The position numbers and the translations under genes are program-made. A stretch of 49,919 nt of DNA from an uncultured cyanobacterium (GTDB taxonomy: Bacteria > Cyanobacteriota > Cyanobacteriia > Cyanobacteriales > Microcystaceae): assembly GCA_963807635.1 (NCBI GenBank), contig CAWEDJ010000026.1, positions 1-49,919 of the forward strand, in the 5' to 3' direction. Within the stretch, counting starts at the first letter, position 1, and each line of letters begins with the position of its first letter. The notes beneath the pieces are model-generated. The model was not told the origin of the DNA and ran no database searches. It saw only the letters and a list, made by a program, of their open reading frames with translations. Below are positions 40,213-49,919 of this stretch, in pieces.

Positions 40213-40932
40213 ATGACGATTGCCTCTTCTCCCAATTCTGACATCTCCAATAACGGAAAGGATCTCCTGAACTCCTCATTAACTGAGCGGATTGAAACTC
40301 GCCCCGATCGCAATACCCATGACGGACAACTAGCCCAAGTTCATCCCGAAACCGTTGAAGTCAGCAAAGAAAAAATGATGGATTCTGTCAGGGGCATCCT
40401 AGAGGCCGTAGGAGAAGATCCAGAAAGAGAAGGGCTATTAAAAACCCCAAAAAGAGTAGCCGAAGCCATGCAATTTTTGACCCAGGGCTATAATCAATCC
40501 CTAGAAAAATTGGTGAACGGAGCTATTTTTAATGAAGGCCATAATGAAATGGTCTTGGTGCGGGATATTGACTTTTTTAGTCTCTGTGAACACCATATGT
40601 TACCGTTTATGGGAAAAGCCCATGTCGCCTATATTCCCAATGAAAAAGTAGTTGGACTAAGTAAATTAGCTCGCATTGTGGAAATGTATTCCCGACGCTT
40701 ACAAGTCCAGGAACGCTTGACCCGACAAATCGCGGAAGCTGTTCAAGAAATTCTCGAACCTCGTGGAGTTGCCGTTGTGATGGAAGCGACCCATATGTGT
40801 ATGGTGATGCGGGGAGTTCAAAAACCAGGTTCCTGGACAGTGACCAGTGCGATGATTGGTTCTTTCCAAGATGAACAAAAAACCCGTGAAGAATTTTTGA
40901 ATTTGATTCGTCACCAACCTAAGTTTTATTAA
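40213..40932 (+). CDS. folE: GTP cyclohydrolase I
   Basis: [25 protein letters not shown] and HMCMVMRG motifs. Confidence 0.97.
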   Translation: MTIASSPNSDISNNGKDLLNSSLTERIETRPDRNTHDGQLAQVHPETVEVSKEKMMDSVRGILEAVGEDPEREGLLKTPKRVAEAMQFLTQGYNQSLEKLVNGAIFNEGHNEMVLVRDIDFFSLCEHHMLPFMGKAHVAYIPNEKVVGLSKLARIVEMYSRRLQVQERLTRQIAEAVQEILEPRGVAVVMEATHMCMVMRGVQKPGSWTVTSAMIGSFQDEQKTREEFLNLIRHQPKFY

Positions 40933-40945
40933 AAGTTTAGACAGT

Positions 40946-41048
40946 TAAGCTGTTAAGAATTTAGATTGCCTAATGATCTCTGCTGAAAATCTTTTAACAA
41001 GGGGCTTAAGCCCCTTGGCTCTCTGTATCTTAGATAATTAACAGCTTA
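40946..41048 (+). mobile_element. Full 103-bp MITE-like element with perfect 11-bp terminal inverted repeats
   Basis: TAAGCTGTTAA...TTAACAGCTTA with internal CAAGGGGCTTAAGCCCCTTG. Confidence 0.85.
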
Positions 41049-41070
41049 TCTCTACATTTTTAGTAGTAAT

Positions 41071-41111
41071 AAAAGAAACCCGACTTCTTAATTAGGAAAT
41101 CGGGATTTTTT
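41071..41111. terminator. Probable bidirectional terminator between folE and ndk
   Basis: CCCGACTTC...GAAATCGGG stem with an A run on the left and a T run on the right. Confidence 0.6.
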
Positions 41112-41226
41112 ATATTGATTGAATTTTAGAGAATTCTTTTTACAGAGTTAGTTTCAAAGCCTTCTTTTCTAAGGATTGGGAAAGCAAATCTCTATGAAAT
41201 CTTTAAAGATATTTTCAGAATTGGTA

Positions 41227-41676
41227 TTATTCGTAAAGCCAGGGATTAACTGTCGGTTCCCAAGACACTAATTCTTCTGGGGTAAACCAGAGAGAAATTT
41301 CGTACTTGGCTGTTTCAATTGCATCGGAACCATGAATAAGGTTACGACCAACACTAACCCCAAAATCTCCCCGAATTGTTCCTGGTGGTGAAGTCAAGGG
41401 ATTGGTTGCGCCAATCAGATTACGGGCAGAAGCTACCACACCATCTCCTTCCCAAACCATTGCGACAACGGGAGAAGACGTGATAAATTCAACTAGACCC
41501 GCGAAAAAGGGTCTTTCTTTATGGACATCGTAGTGTTTTTCTGCTAATTCTTTGGAAACGGATAATAATTTGAGTCCGACGAGTTTAAAGCCTTTGGTTT
41601 CAAAGCGACGAATGACTTCACCAACGAGATTGCGTTGTACTCCGTCGGGTTTGATCATAATGAAGGTGCGTTCCAT
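41227..41676 (-). CDS. ndk: Nucleoside diphosphate kinase
   Basis: [15 protein letters not shown] and NLIHGSD motifs. Confidence 0.98.
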   Translation of the reverse strand: MERTFIMIKPDGVQRNLVGEVIRRFETKGFKLVGLKLLSVSKELAEKHYDVHKERPFFAGLVEFITSSPVVAMVWEGDGVVASARNLIGATNPLTSPPGTIRGDFGVSVGRNLIHGSDAIETAKYEISLWFTPEELVSWEPTVNPWLYE

Positions 41677-41853
41677 ATTGCCTCTTAGGGGTGTTTGTTA
41701 AAATTTGTCACAAGTCCAAGGTATATTTTACACGGATTATTCACGCATTATTCTAACTTTGCTGAGTCTGGGGATGAGTCGGCGATCGCGTAAGTCTTTT
41801 TTTCAGGGAATTATTCTGGTTAGGAGGAAAACAACAAATTAGGAGAAAACAGT

Positions 41854-42162
41854 TTGATTATCAGAATCTTTAAAGTCAGAATTGATTCTAATTTGAGAAG
41901 CGAGTTTGAACAAAAATTTCAAGAAATATCTGTTCCCTATATCCAAGCTCAAAAAGGACTAATTTCTTTTGTCGTAGGAAAACCTACCCAGTGGACTCCC
42001 GATGATTATTTATTAATTACTCACTGGTCTAGTGAAGAGGATTTAGTCACATTTGCAGGAAAAAACTGGAATCAAGCGGTTATTCCTGAAGGGATGGAAA
42101 AATTTGTTGTTCAATGTTGGGTTGATCATTTTTTTCTTTCAGATGATAATCGGACTCAATGA
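41854..42162 (+). CDS. Antibiotic biosynthesis monooxygenase (ABM)-like protein
   Basis: About 100-aa pattern (F...GL...Y.LITHWSS...F); AGGAG upstream of TTG. Confidence 0.7.
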   Translation: MIIRIFKVRIDSNLRSEFEQKFQEISVPYIQAQKGLISFVVGKPTQWTPDDYLLITHWSSEEDLVTFAGKNWNQAVIPEGMEKFVVQCWVDHFFLSDDNRTQ

Positions 42163-42310
42163 CCAAAATCCTAAGCAAAACAAAATAGTTCTGATCGAAA
42201 AAATATATCGCTGATAAACAGACTATTTTTGATCATAATTCTTGCGAAAAAAATAGCCAAGACTTAATCATCCTGGCTACCCATTTTTCTAAGAACCAAA
42301 ACTCAGATAC

Positions 42311-42553
42311 TTAAAGAACCTGTTCAACTTCAGCAATTTCAGGGATCATTTCTCTTAATCGGCGTTCAAGACCCATTTTCAAGGTCATGGTAGAACTCGG
42401 ACAGGAACCGCAAGCCCCTTGTAAACGAACTTTAACGATAGGGCCGTCTAACTCCACGACTTCCACATTTCCCCCGTCCGCCATCAAATAAGGGCGCATT
42501 TCGTCCAAAACGGTTTCAACATTTTCTAGGGTTAGTGCCATTGTTGTTGTCAT
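42311..42553 (-). CDS. nfuA: NifU-C/Nfu Fe-S carrier
   Basis: [11 protein letters not shown] and GACGSCPSS motifs. Confidence 0.93.
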   Translation of the reverse strand: MTTTMALTLENVETVLDEMRPYLMADGGNVEVVELDGPIVKVRLQGACGSCPSSTMTLKMGLERRLREMIPEIAEVEQVL

Positions 42554-42788
42554 TGTTAACCTCGGTTAAGAATAATTGCGTTGCTGTTACGTTTATCCTA
42601 ACGCTAACTTGGATAATGTTTCGAGGTGGATTTCCCTTTTCTGATTTTTTCTGGGCGATCACGTTTTTGCATCCCAACTGAGTATAAATAATCCATATAT
42701 TCCAACAAAATCCTATAATGAACTAGGTCCTTTCGGTAGAAGTAAAAAACAACCAAAAACCTCTCAAGCATATTTAATTTTAATAATA

Positions 42789-44153
42789 ATGACAGATCCG
42801 AATTGGCAACAAGGCAGTTTAGTTGAACTAGAGATTACAGGCTTAAGTAATAGTGGTGAAGGCTTAGGACGTTTTCAGGAGCGTGTGGTTTTTGTCCCCG
42901 ATACCGTGACAGGCGATCGCGTTTTAGTGAGATTAGTGCGAGTTAAACAACAATACGCCCAGGGACAACTTCAGGAAATTATTAGCCCTTCTGCCCATCG
43001 AGTGCGCCCACCCTGTATTGTGGCGGATAAATGTGGTGGTTGTCAGTGGCAACATATTGACGATACTTTTCAACAGGAAAGCAAACAACAGCAAATCATT
43101 GATGCCTTGAAAAGAATTGGGCAATTTTCCGACATTCCCATCGCTCCTCTGTTGGTAACACCGAATAACTTTGAATATCGCAATAAATCGACCTATCCCC
43201 TAGCTCGATCCAGTGAAGGCCAAGTCCAGGCAGGTTATTATCGCCCCCAAAGCCATAAAATTATTAACCTCAATCAATGTCCTGTTCAAGATCCTCGGCT
43301 TAATCCCCTACTTGCCGAAGTTAAACAGGATATTCAAACCCAGGGCTGGTCAATCTACGACGAAACCGAACGCCAGGGCAAACTCCGCCATCTTGCTCTC
43401 CGCATTGGGCGACGGACGGGAGAAATTTTGTTAACCTTAGTCAGTGCCAATCCTAACTTGCCTGGCATCGAAGAACAGGCCCAGGCTTGGTTAGACCGCT
43501 ATCCTCATCTTGTTGGGGTAACGCTCAATCATCAACCCAATCCTACTAACCTGATTTTAGGCACAGACACCCAACTGATTGCAGGAATGCCTTACTGTCG
43601 GGAAATTTTTGCAGGATTACAGTTTAATTTGCGCTCGGATACCTTCTTTCAGGTGAATACCGAAGCGGCGGAACTTCTCTGGGAAACCATTCTCCAGCAA
43701 TTAAATCTACAGGGATGGGAGCAGGTCATTGATGCCTACTCTGGCGTGGGAACTTTTACCCTTCCCCTGGCCCAAAAAGTAGAATCTGCAATCGCGATCG
43801 AGTCCAACAAATCCGCCGTTCAACAAGCTAGAGAAAACGCCGAGATTAATCATATTGAAAATGTCCAATTTCTCGCAGGCAAAGTCGAAAACGTCTTACC
43901 TGGGTTAACTCAACAGACCGACATGGTAATTTTAGATCCGCCCCGCAAAGGTTGCGATCGCCGAGTTATCGACACCCTCTGTGCCACCAGACCCAAAACC
44001 CTGCTTTATATCAGTTGCCAACCCGCAACCCTCGCCAGGGATTTAAAAATTCTTTGTCAAGAAGGAGGATATCACCTTACTTGGGTACAAGGAGCCGACT
44101 TTTTCCCCCAAACTGCCCACGTAGAATGTGCCATCATTCTGCAAGCTAGCTAA
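42789..44153 (+). CDS. rlmD: 23S rRNA (uracil-C5)-methyltransferase
   Basis: TRAM domain, CGGC, FFQVN, LDPPRKG, YISC and FPQTAHVE motifs. Confidence 0.93.
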   Translation: MTDPNWQQGSLVELEITGLSNSGEGLGRFQERVVFVPDTVTGDRVLVRLVRVKQQYAQGQLQEIISPSAHRVRPPCIVADKCGGCQWQHIDDTFQQESKQQQIIDALKRIGQFSDIPIAPLLVTPNNFEYRNKSTYPLARSSEGQVQAGYYRPQSHKIINLNQCPVQDPRLNPLLAEVKQDIQTQGWSIYDETERQGKLRHLALRIGRRTGEILLTLVSANPNLPGIEEQAQAWLDRYPHLVGVTLNHQPNPTNLILGTDTQLIAGMPYCREIFAGLQFNLRSDTFFQVNTEAAELLWETILQQLNLQGWEQVIDAYSGVGTFTLPLAQKVESAIAIESNKSAVQQARENAEINHIENVQFLAGKVENVLPGLTQQTDMVILDPPRKGCDRRVIDTLCATRPKTLLYISCQPATLARDLKILCQEGGYHLTWVQGADFFPQTAHVECAIILQAS

Positions 44154-44295
44154 TTGATTAAGGGACAAAAAAATCCATAGCTTATCTACTTCAGTTCTAT
44201 AGAGTTTCGCCTAGTGATAGAGGTTGTCAATCTGCTCTTTTTTTTGTCTCTCTTTTGATGATTGGCTCCCCAACAATTTAGGCAGGATACCCCTA

Positions 44296-44934
44296 TTACA
44301 AATCCAACAAACCTGGGGGTGGAGTAATTTCAATTCGTTTATTAGCAATATCTACAATCGGTACAATTGTCATCACGAAAGGAATTAAAATCGTTTTGGG
44401 CTTCTTCTGAGTAACTTGTTCCGTCTCCGCGATCGCTTCCTCTGTTTCAGTCAGTATTTCAGGCAGTATTTCTGATAGGATTTCAGGGATTAATTGGGGG
44501 ATTAATTCAACTTCTAATAAGTCATGACCCGTCGAAAAAATATCTCTGACGTATCCCACCAATTCCCCTGTTTCCTGAAGATAAACTTCCAAATCAATCA
44601 AATCCGCAACATGATATTCATCCTTGGCAAGGGGAACGCGATCGCCGATGGGAACCAGTAACTTGTAATTTTTTAAAGCTTCCGCTTGTTCTCGACTGTT
44701 GATCTCTGCTAGCTTGACAATATAAAGATTTTTCCCTGGAATATTTCGTCCATATTTTAAATTCACCAGTTGGGGGGTTTCCCCTTTAGGCGATCGCAGC
44801 CAACGCTCCCCCTTTTTGATAAAGCGTTCAGGAAAATCGGAGAGAGACAGCACCTTAACTTCTCCTTGCAATCCTTGGGGTGATACAATTGTGCCAACTT
44901 CTAACCACTCATCCGAGACCATTTGATTACTCAT
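44296..44934 (-). CDS. rimM: Ribosome maturation factor
   Basis: VGTIVSPQGLQGEVKV, EYHVADLI and LIPFV..IVP.VD motifs. Confidence 0.93.
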   Translation of the reverse strand: MSNQMVSDEWLEVGTIVSPQGLQGEVKVLSLSDFPERFIKKGERWLRSPKGETPQLVNLKYGRNIPGKNLYIVKLAEINSREQAEALKNYKLLVPIGDRVPLAKDEYHVADLIDLEVYLQETGELVGYVRDIFSTGHDLLEVELIPQLIPEILSEILPEILTETEEAIAETEQVTQKKPKTILIPFVMTIVPIVDIANKRIEITPPPGLLDL

Positions 44935-44994
44935 TGAAATTTAAATATCCTGATTTTATTTGTCTATTTTAGCGTTATTTTGTTAATTTAATCT

Positions 44995-45810
44995 ATGACT
45001 ATTTGGCAAGCCGATTTTTATAAATATCCATCTTCTAATACGGAGAAAAATATTGACTGGGAATTATTAATTTGTGATCAAAAAGGAAAAATCATCGTTC
45101 AGGAAAACTGTTTACAGTCCCAAATGAATAGTACCTGGCTTGTCAACCAATTATTACCATTAATCACCAAAGAAAAACCTGAAAAAATCCAAGTATTTCG
45201 TCCCCAATCCCTCAATTTATTAACCCTAGCAAGCAAAGAATTAAATATCCCCATAGAAGCAACTCGCCAAACGTTAGCCCTCAAAAAAATATTAACTCAA
45301 CGTCATCCCGATTGGCAAAATTCTCTCAAATTAGACCAGCCCCCCCCCTTACCCCTACCCGAAAATCTCTGGGGTGAACAATGGCGTTTTGCGACCCTTC
45401 CCGCAGGGGATATTGTCGATTTTTTTCGCGATCGCCCCATTCCCTATTTACAGCTACCTGAAACGCGATGGCCCATTAATTTAGGCATTGCATCTAATCG
45501 TCCTATTTCGGGGATCATCATCTATGGCGGGCGACAATCCCGTTATTTAGCCCAATGGTTAGACTCGATTAATCCTGTTAGTTTGCATTATATTCCCACC
45601 GATGTAGAGCAAGCAGGTGGTTTAATCCTAGAATCAGGCTTAAGCGATCGCTGGGTTTTATTAACCTTTAAAGATCAAGAAACAACAAACAATGCCAAAA
45701 TCTTTAAAACTCGAAAAAAAGAGAGTCAGAACTTACATTTTTTATTAGTACAACCCGATGATTCAGGTATGACCTATACAGGATTTTGGTTACTACAAAA
45801 TGAGTCTTAA
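44995..45810 (+). CDS. Tab2/Atab2-family RNA-binding protein
   Basis: IWQADFY, WELLIC, PLPENLWGEQWRF, LHFLLVQ and GFWLL motifs. Confidence 0.85.
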   Translation: MTIWQADFYKYPSSNTEKNIDWELLICDQKGKIIVQENCLQSQMNSTWLVNQLLPLITKEKPEKIQVFRPQSLNLLTLASKELNIPIEATRQTLALKKILTQRHPDWQNSLKLDQPPPLPLPENLWGEQWRFATLPAGDIVDFFRDRPIPYLQLPETRWPINLGIASNRPISGIIIYGGRQSRYLAQWLDSINPVSLHYIPTDVEQAGGLILESGLSDRWVLLTFKDQETTNNAKIFKTRKKESQNLHFLLVQPDDSGMTYTGFWLLQNES

Positions 45811-45831
45811 TATGAGAATTAAATATTTTAC

Positions 45832-47240
45832 ATGATTAATAAACTTCAATTACCTCCTCCTAAACTGTTAGGAATTATTGGTACTACCACTATTATTTTT
45901 TTAATAAGTAGCATCATCAGACATCTTTTATTTCAATCCAATGCCCTAGACTTGGGATGGTTTGATCAAGCCATTTATCTCATTAGTCGGGGAGAGAATC
46001 CCATTGTTTCCTTCCAAGATTTTCACATATTAGGAGATCATGCCGCTTTTATTCTCTATCCCATTGCACTTTTTTATAAACTTTATCCGAGTGTTTATTG
46101 GTTATTTTTAATTCAGGCGATCGCTTTGAGTTTGGGAGCTTGCCGACTTGGTTACTCGCTAAACAAGCAGGATTAAAGCCCGATCAATGTCTGGCGATCG
46201 CGGTGGCTTATTTGCTCTATCCTATGATATTTAACCTCAATCTTTTTGATTTTCACCCTGAAGTCATTGCCCTACCGACTTTGATTTGGGCAATTTATAC
46301 TGCAAGAATGAAACAATTTAAGAGATTTATTTTAGCTATTTTGATTATTTTAAGTTGTAAAGCTGTACTGACATTAACAGTCGCTGTAATGGGGTTTTGG
46401 TTAATCATTTGGGAGAAAAGACAGATTGAAGGCTTTATCGCACTTGTATTAGGAATTGCTTGGTTTATCATCACGACTAAAATTATTATTCCCCACTTTA
46501 GTGGTGGAGAAGTGGCGGCTGTCGGTCGTTATAGTTTTTTGGGTAATTCAGTAGTAGAAATCATTCAAAATTTAATTTTTAAGCCTAACATTTTATTAAG
46601 TCATATATTTACCTTAGAAAATTTAGGTTATCTAATTCTATTAGTGAGTCCTCTTATTTGGGGATTATCCTTACAACATTTAACACCCCTTATTCCTGCT
46701 TTACCCGCATTATTTTTAAATTTATTAACGGATTATTCTCCTCAAAAAGATTTAACTCACCAATATTCCCTAACTATTTTACCGTTTTTATTATTAGCTG
46801 TTATTACTAGTTTAGCGAATAATAAAGGCTGGATTAAAAGTCCCAAGGTGATTATTATTTGGTCATTGATTACTTTTTTAGCCCTCAGTAAGTATGGTTA
46901 TTTCTTTGGGAGATATTGGGAAAACTGGGATAATTTAGCCGCCATGCACGAATCTATTCATCTGGTTAAAACCCAAGAGAGTTTATTAACTTCTCCTACC
47001 ATCACGCCCCATTTAAGTCAACGAGTTAAGGTTAAATTAGCGATCAAAGATGCTGAACCGATTGATCCCCAAAATTTTACCTATATTTTATTGAATAAGC
47101 GTCATCCTGGCTGGGAAAATTCCGAGGAAACCGTTAAGAATTTAGTCAATCAATTAAAGAATAATCCTGACTTTAAAAATATTTATCAAAGAGATGATGT
47201 TTGGCTTTTTCAAAAAGCGACTATTACTCCTGAAAAATAA
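45832..47240 (+). CDS. DUF2079-family multi-TM protein (GT-C-like), frameshifted near 46139
   Basis: DLGWFDQ, LGDH, FDFHPE, HQYS and PHLSQR motifs. Confidence 0.8.
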
Positions 47241-47261
47241 CAGGATTTCTTATATTATGAA

Positions 47262-47843
47262 TTACCAAATCATCCCCAAATTCAAAACAAAACCCTTTAA
47301 AACATCTTCCCCCGAAACAGTAGTAGGAGAATCTAAAACCTCAACCTCTTTTCCTTGTCTATAAATCTCTATTTGATGAGATTTCCGATTAATTAATATA
47401 CCCAAACACACACCATTATCTATATATTCTTCCATCTTTTCTTGTGTAGTCTTCAAACTATCACTAGGAGAAAGTAACTCAATTACAAAATCAGGACAAA
47501 TAGGAGGAAACTTTTGTTTTTCTTCATCAGTTAAAGCATTCCATCTTTCTAACTTCACCCAAGAAGCATCAGGAGAGCGATCGGCACCATTAGGCAATTT
47601 AAAACAAGTTGAAGAATCAAAAGCAATGCCAGTACCATCAACATCAGTCCAATTCATTAATTGCTGAGTGATTCTCGCATTTTTATTTCCCGTTTCGCCT
47701 CCCGTTGGTGGCATAATTATTAATTCTCCATTTGCATTTCTTTCAAATCTCAATTCGCGGTTGTTTTGACATAGCTGAAAAAACTGCTCATCAGTCATTT
47801 CTATTAATGATTTCAAATTGACAGTTAAAGCATTCATAGTCAT
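47262..47843 (-). CDS. Uma2-family endonuclease
   Basis: GELIIMPPTG, RSPDASW and CPDFVIELLSPSD motifs. Confidence 0.92.
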   Translation of the reverse strand: MTMNALTVNLKSLIEMTDEQFFQLCQNNRELRFERNANGELIIMPPTGGETGNKNARITQQLMNWTDVDGTGIAFDSSTCFKLPNGADRSPDASWVKLERWNALTDEEKQKFPPICPDFVIELLSPSDSLKTTQEKMEEYIDNGVCLGILINRKSHQIEIYRQGKEVEVLDSPTTVSGEDVLKGFVLNLGMIW

Positions 47844-48187
47844 ATCCTCATTGAATGTTTAGGGAAAAATTTTAACTATCTCATATCCTATTATATATAA
47901 TTAGTTACCCATTAATAGCTTTGTTTTGTCATGACTTTGGAGTTTATAGTGTCAAATAGAACCATGAAATGTCAAATTTACTGATTGATATTAATATAGA
48001 TGAAATACGCTAAGTTAGCTAAATTGTGGGACTCAGTTTCTGGTCTGTGCCAACTCTGATGGTGGTGTTGGCGATCGCTACTAAAGAGGAGGCGATCGCG
48101 TTTGTGTTGGGATAAAGTGCGATCACTGTTGAGGATGATCTGCTTTTAGTAGAAATTGAGGTAGTTTCCTGATTTTTAGCTGGCTAA

Positions 48188-49432
48188 TTACTTAGCATAT
48201 GGAGAAAAATTTTCGATTGAAACGTGTAATTCATTCATTAATCTCTCAATTATCTGATCAATCTCTTTTTTATTAGTTAAAGATAAATTGATAATTCCTG
48301 CCTCTTTTAAAACAACTTCTAGCTTCTTTTTAGCGGAATCTTTAACATCTGCTTCTGAGTCTCCAAAAACCAAAATACATCGATTATTTATTCTGACATG
48401 AACCTCCCAGTTTTGATTAGTGATTTCATTAATTTTACCTAAGTCTAATCTGACTAGACAATAATAAAAATTAATTTCATTCTCCTCTTTAGAAAAATCG
48501 AAAGAAGATTGATATTTTTGTTTTACAAACTTTAGCCTTTCAACAAAATCATTACAACTTCCGATATACCCACTAATTATAGGAAGATTATTTAATTTTT
48601 TTAACTCCTTTAGAATCTGCTTCAAGGTTTCTTGATACTTTGTTGTTTTCGCATTAGTAGAATATTCGGATATTTTACACAGACATAAAACTCCAAATAA
48701 ATTAGTAGTCAAAAGAGAAAATATGGTTATCTCAAGAATAAACTTAAATTGTTTTTCAGCATAATCGTTTTGGATGAAAGAAGTCCCATTTTTCAAAAAA
48801 TTAATCGAATTACTAAGTCTAATTAATAATCTTTCTAAATAGCTAATAAATAATTGTTTTTCAGAGGAATATAAAGAAATAATGTCAATTTCATTTTCGC
48901 TATAAATTCCAACTTTTTTAAATGCCGCCTCATAATATACGTCATTTTTTACTTGATATATATATATATTTATAAAGTCTTTTAGTGTTTCAATTTCGTG
49001 AATGTTGATATCATTTTCTGGTGACGACAAATAACAAGAAATTAATGACAAATAAGAATCAACAAATCCTATTGTTTGTAAATGAGTGTCAATAGTATTT
49101 TCAAAAAGAATAGCAATTTCTTTCTTTTCCTTGTGTTCAGCAATTTTCCTCAAAAAAGTATTGCCTAGAAATATAGCTAGTATCGTTGAAATAATTGAAA
49201 CTGGCGGTAGTGAAAGTAGGCTTTTGTAACTATCTGAAAACCTCTGTATGGATACTCTGTTACTGTAAACAAATTGAAAAATAAAACCAGAACTAATAAA
49301 TATTAAACTAGAAATAACTGGTTTTTTTAAAATATAATTTTTGATAAATTCATAATTATCCATCAAAATTATTGCAATAGCAACAATTGCAAATCCGATC
49401 AATGCTGGAGTAATCTGGCTAATATTTGGCAT
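48188..49432 (-). CDS. AT-rich orphan membrane protein
   Basis: 414-aa ORF with three N-terminal hydrophobic segments and no recognised motif. Confidence 0.65.
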   Translation of the reverse strand: MPNISQITPALIGFAIVAIAIILMDNYEFIKNYILKKPVISSLIFISSGFIFQFVYSNRVSIQRFSDSYKSLLSLPPVSIISTILAIFLGNTFLRKIAEHKEKKEIAILFENTIDTHLQTIGFVDSYLSLISCYLSSPENDINIHEIETLKDFINIYIYQVKNDVYYEAAFKKVGIYSENEIDIISLYSSEKQLFISYLERLLIRLSNSINFLKNGTSFIQNDYAEKQFKFILEITIFSLLTTNLFGVLCLCKISEYSTNAKTTKYQETLKQILKELKKLNNLPIISGYIGSCNDFVERLKFVKQKYQSSFDFSKEENEINFYYCLVRLDLGKINEITNQNWEVHVRINNRCILVFGDSEADVKDSAKKKLEVVLKEAGIINLSLTNKKEIDQIIERLMNELHVSIENFSPYAK

Positions 49433-49628
49433 AATCTAATAATAAGCTGGTAGATGTAGTGCGATCGCTGATCTTCTAGGATTCATTCAATAAAATATAA
49501 TGCACCTTTCGATTATTTGCAAGAGAATCCAATTTTGTGCGTTACGTTACGCTAATAAACGCTACTTCTCATACAAATTGAACACCTTAATCTACGAACT
49601 TTTTGTAAGGTTAAAAAGCGATTATTCC

Positions 49629-49868
49629 CTAACGATCTTGACTTAAAAGATAACCAACCGCACGTTGAAGCTGATCCATACCCTGTTGAAGTTGAGCAGT
49701 ACGAGCCTTGGATTCTTCGATTTGTTGAGCCGTAGCTTCCACAAACCGATCAATACGCCGATTAGTTGCCTCACTAATTTCCGCTAATCTATCAATATTT
49801 GTTTCTATTCGCTCTATTCGCTTCTGATTTGCCTCTAGGTTTGCTTCAATACGATAGACCTCTTGCAT
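49629..49868 (-). CDS. Small coiled-coil protein
   Basis: Heptad pattern; paralogous fragment at 2365-2475. Confidence 0.7.
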   Translation of the reverse strand: MQEVYRIEANLEANQKRIERIETNIDRLAEISEATNRRIDRFVEATAQQIEESKARTAQLQQGMDQLQRAVGYLLSQDR

Positions 49869-49919
49869 AAATATTATATGTTACAATCAAGGGTTAACTA
49901 AAATACGTTTCATAGGAGC

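Noticed and set aside
1..49919. HIP1 abundance as a novelty
   Set aside because: A well-known cyanobacterial feature; only its local gaps and boundary positions are informative.

Overview
Cyanobacterial chromosomal segment: dense HIP1 GCGATCGC octamers and a pilA1-pilA2-accessory arrangement resembling Synechocystis (affinity is inference). Housekeeping genes are msrA, hemC, mobA, menC, thrC, nadK, a dnaJ/cbpA-like gene, rpsA, mutY, folE, ndk, nfuA, rlmD and rimM. Three accessory regions stand out. (1) A nitrogen-scavenging neighbourhood: ABC permeases, a GGCT/AtzF-C-like protein and biuret hydrolase, plus a XanQ-like permease with a candidate NtcA promoter. (2) An AT-rich, HIP1-poor island of about 15 kb (14.6-30.2 kb) where two type IV pilins converge on two GT41/SPINDLY-type TPR glycosyltransferases and two methyltransferases, interleaved with toxin-antitoxin, nuclease and nucleotidyltransferase genes and several gene stubs; this is a candidate rapidly remodelled pilin-decoration system. 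(3) An AT-rich orphan gene at the right end. An unannotated ~103-bp TA-bounded MITE-like element occurs four times. Seven frameshifts and one nonsense codon fall mostly at GGCC/CGATCG-type motifs, so most are probably sequencing artefacts. No rRNA, tRNA, CRISPR array or transposase was recognised.
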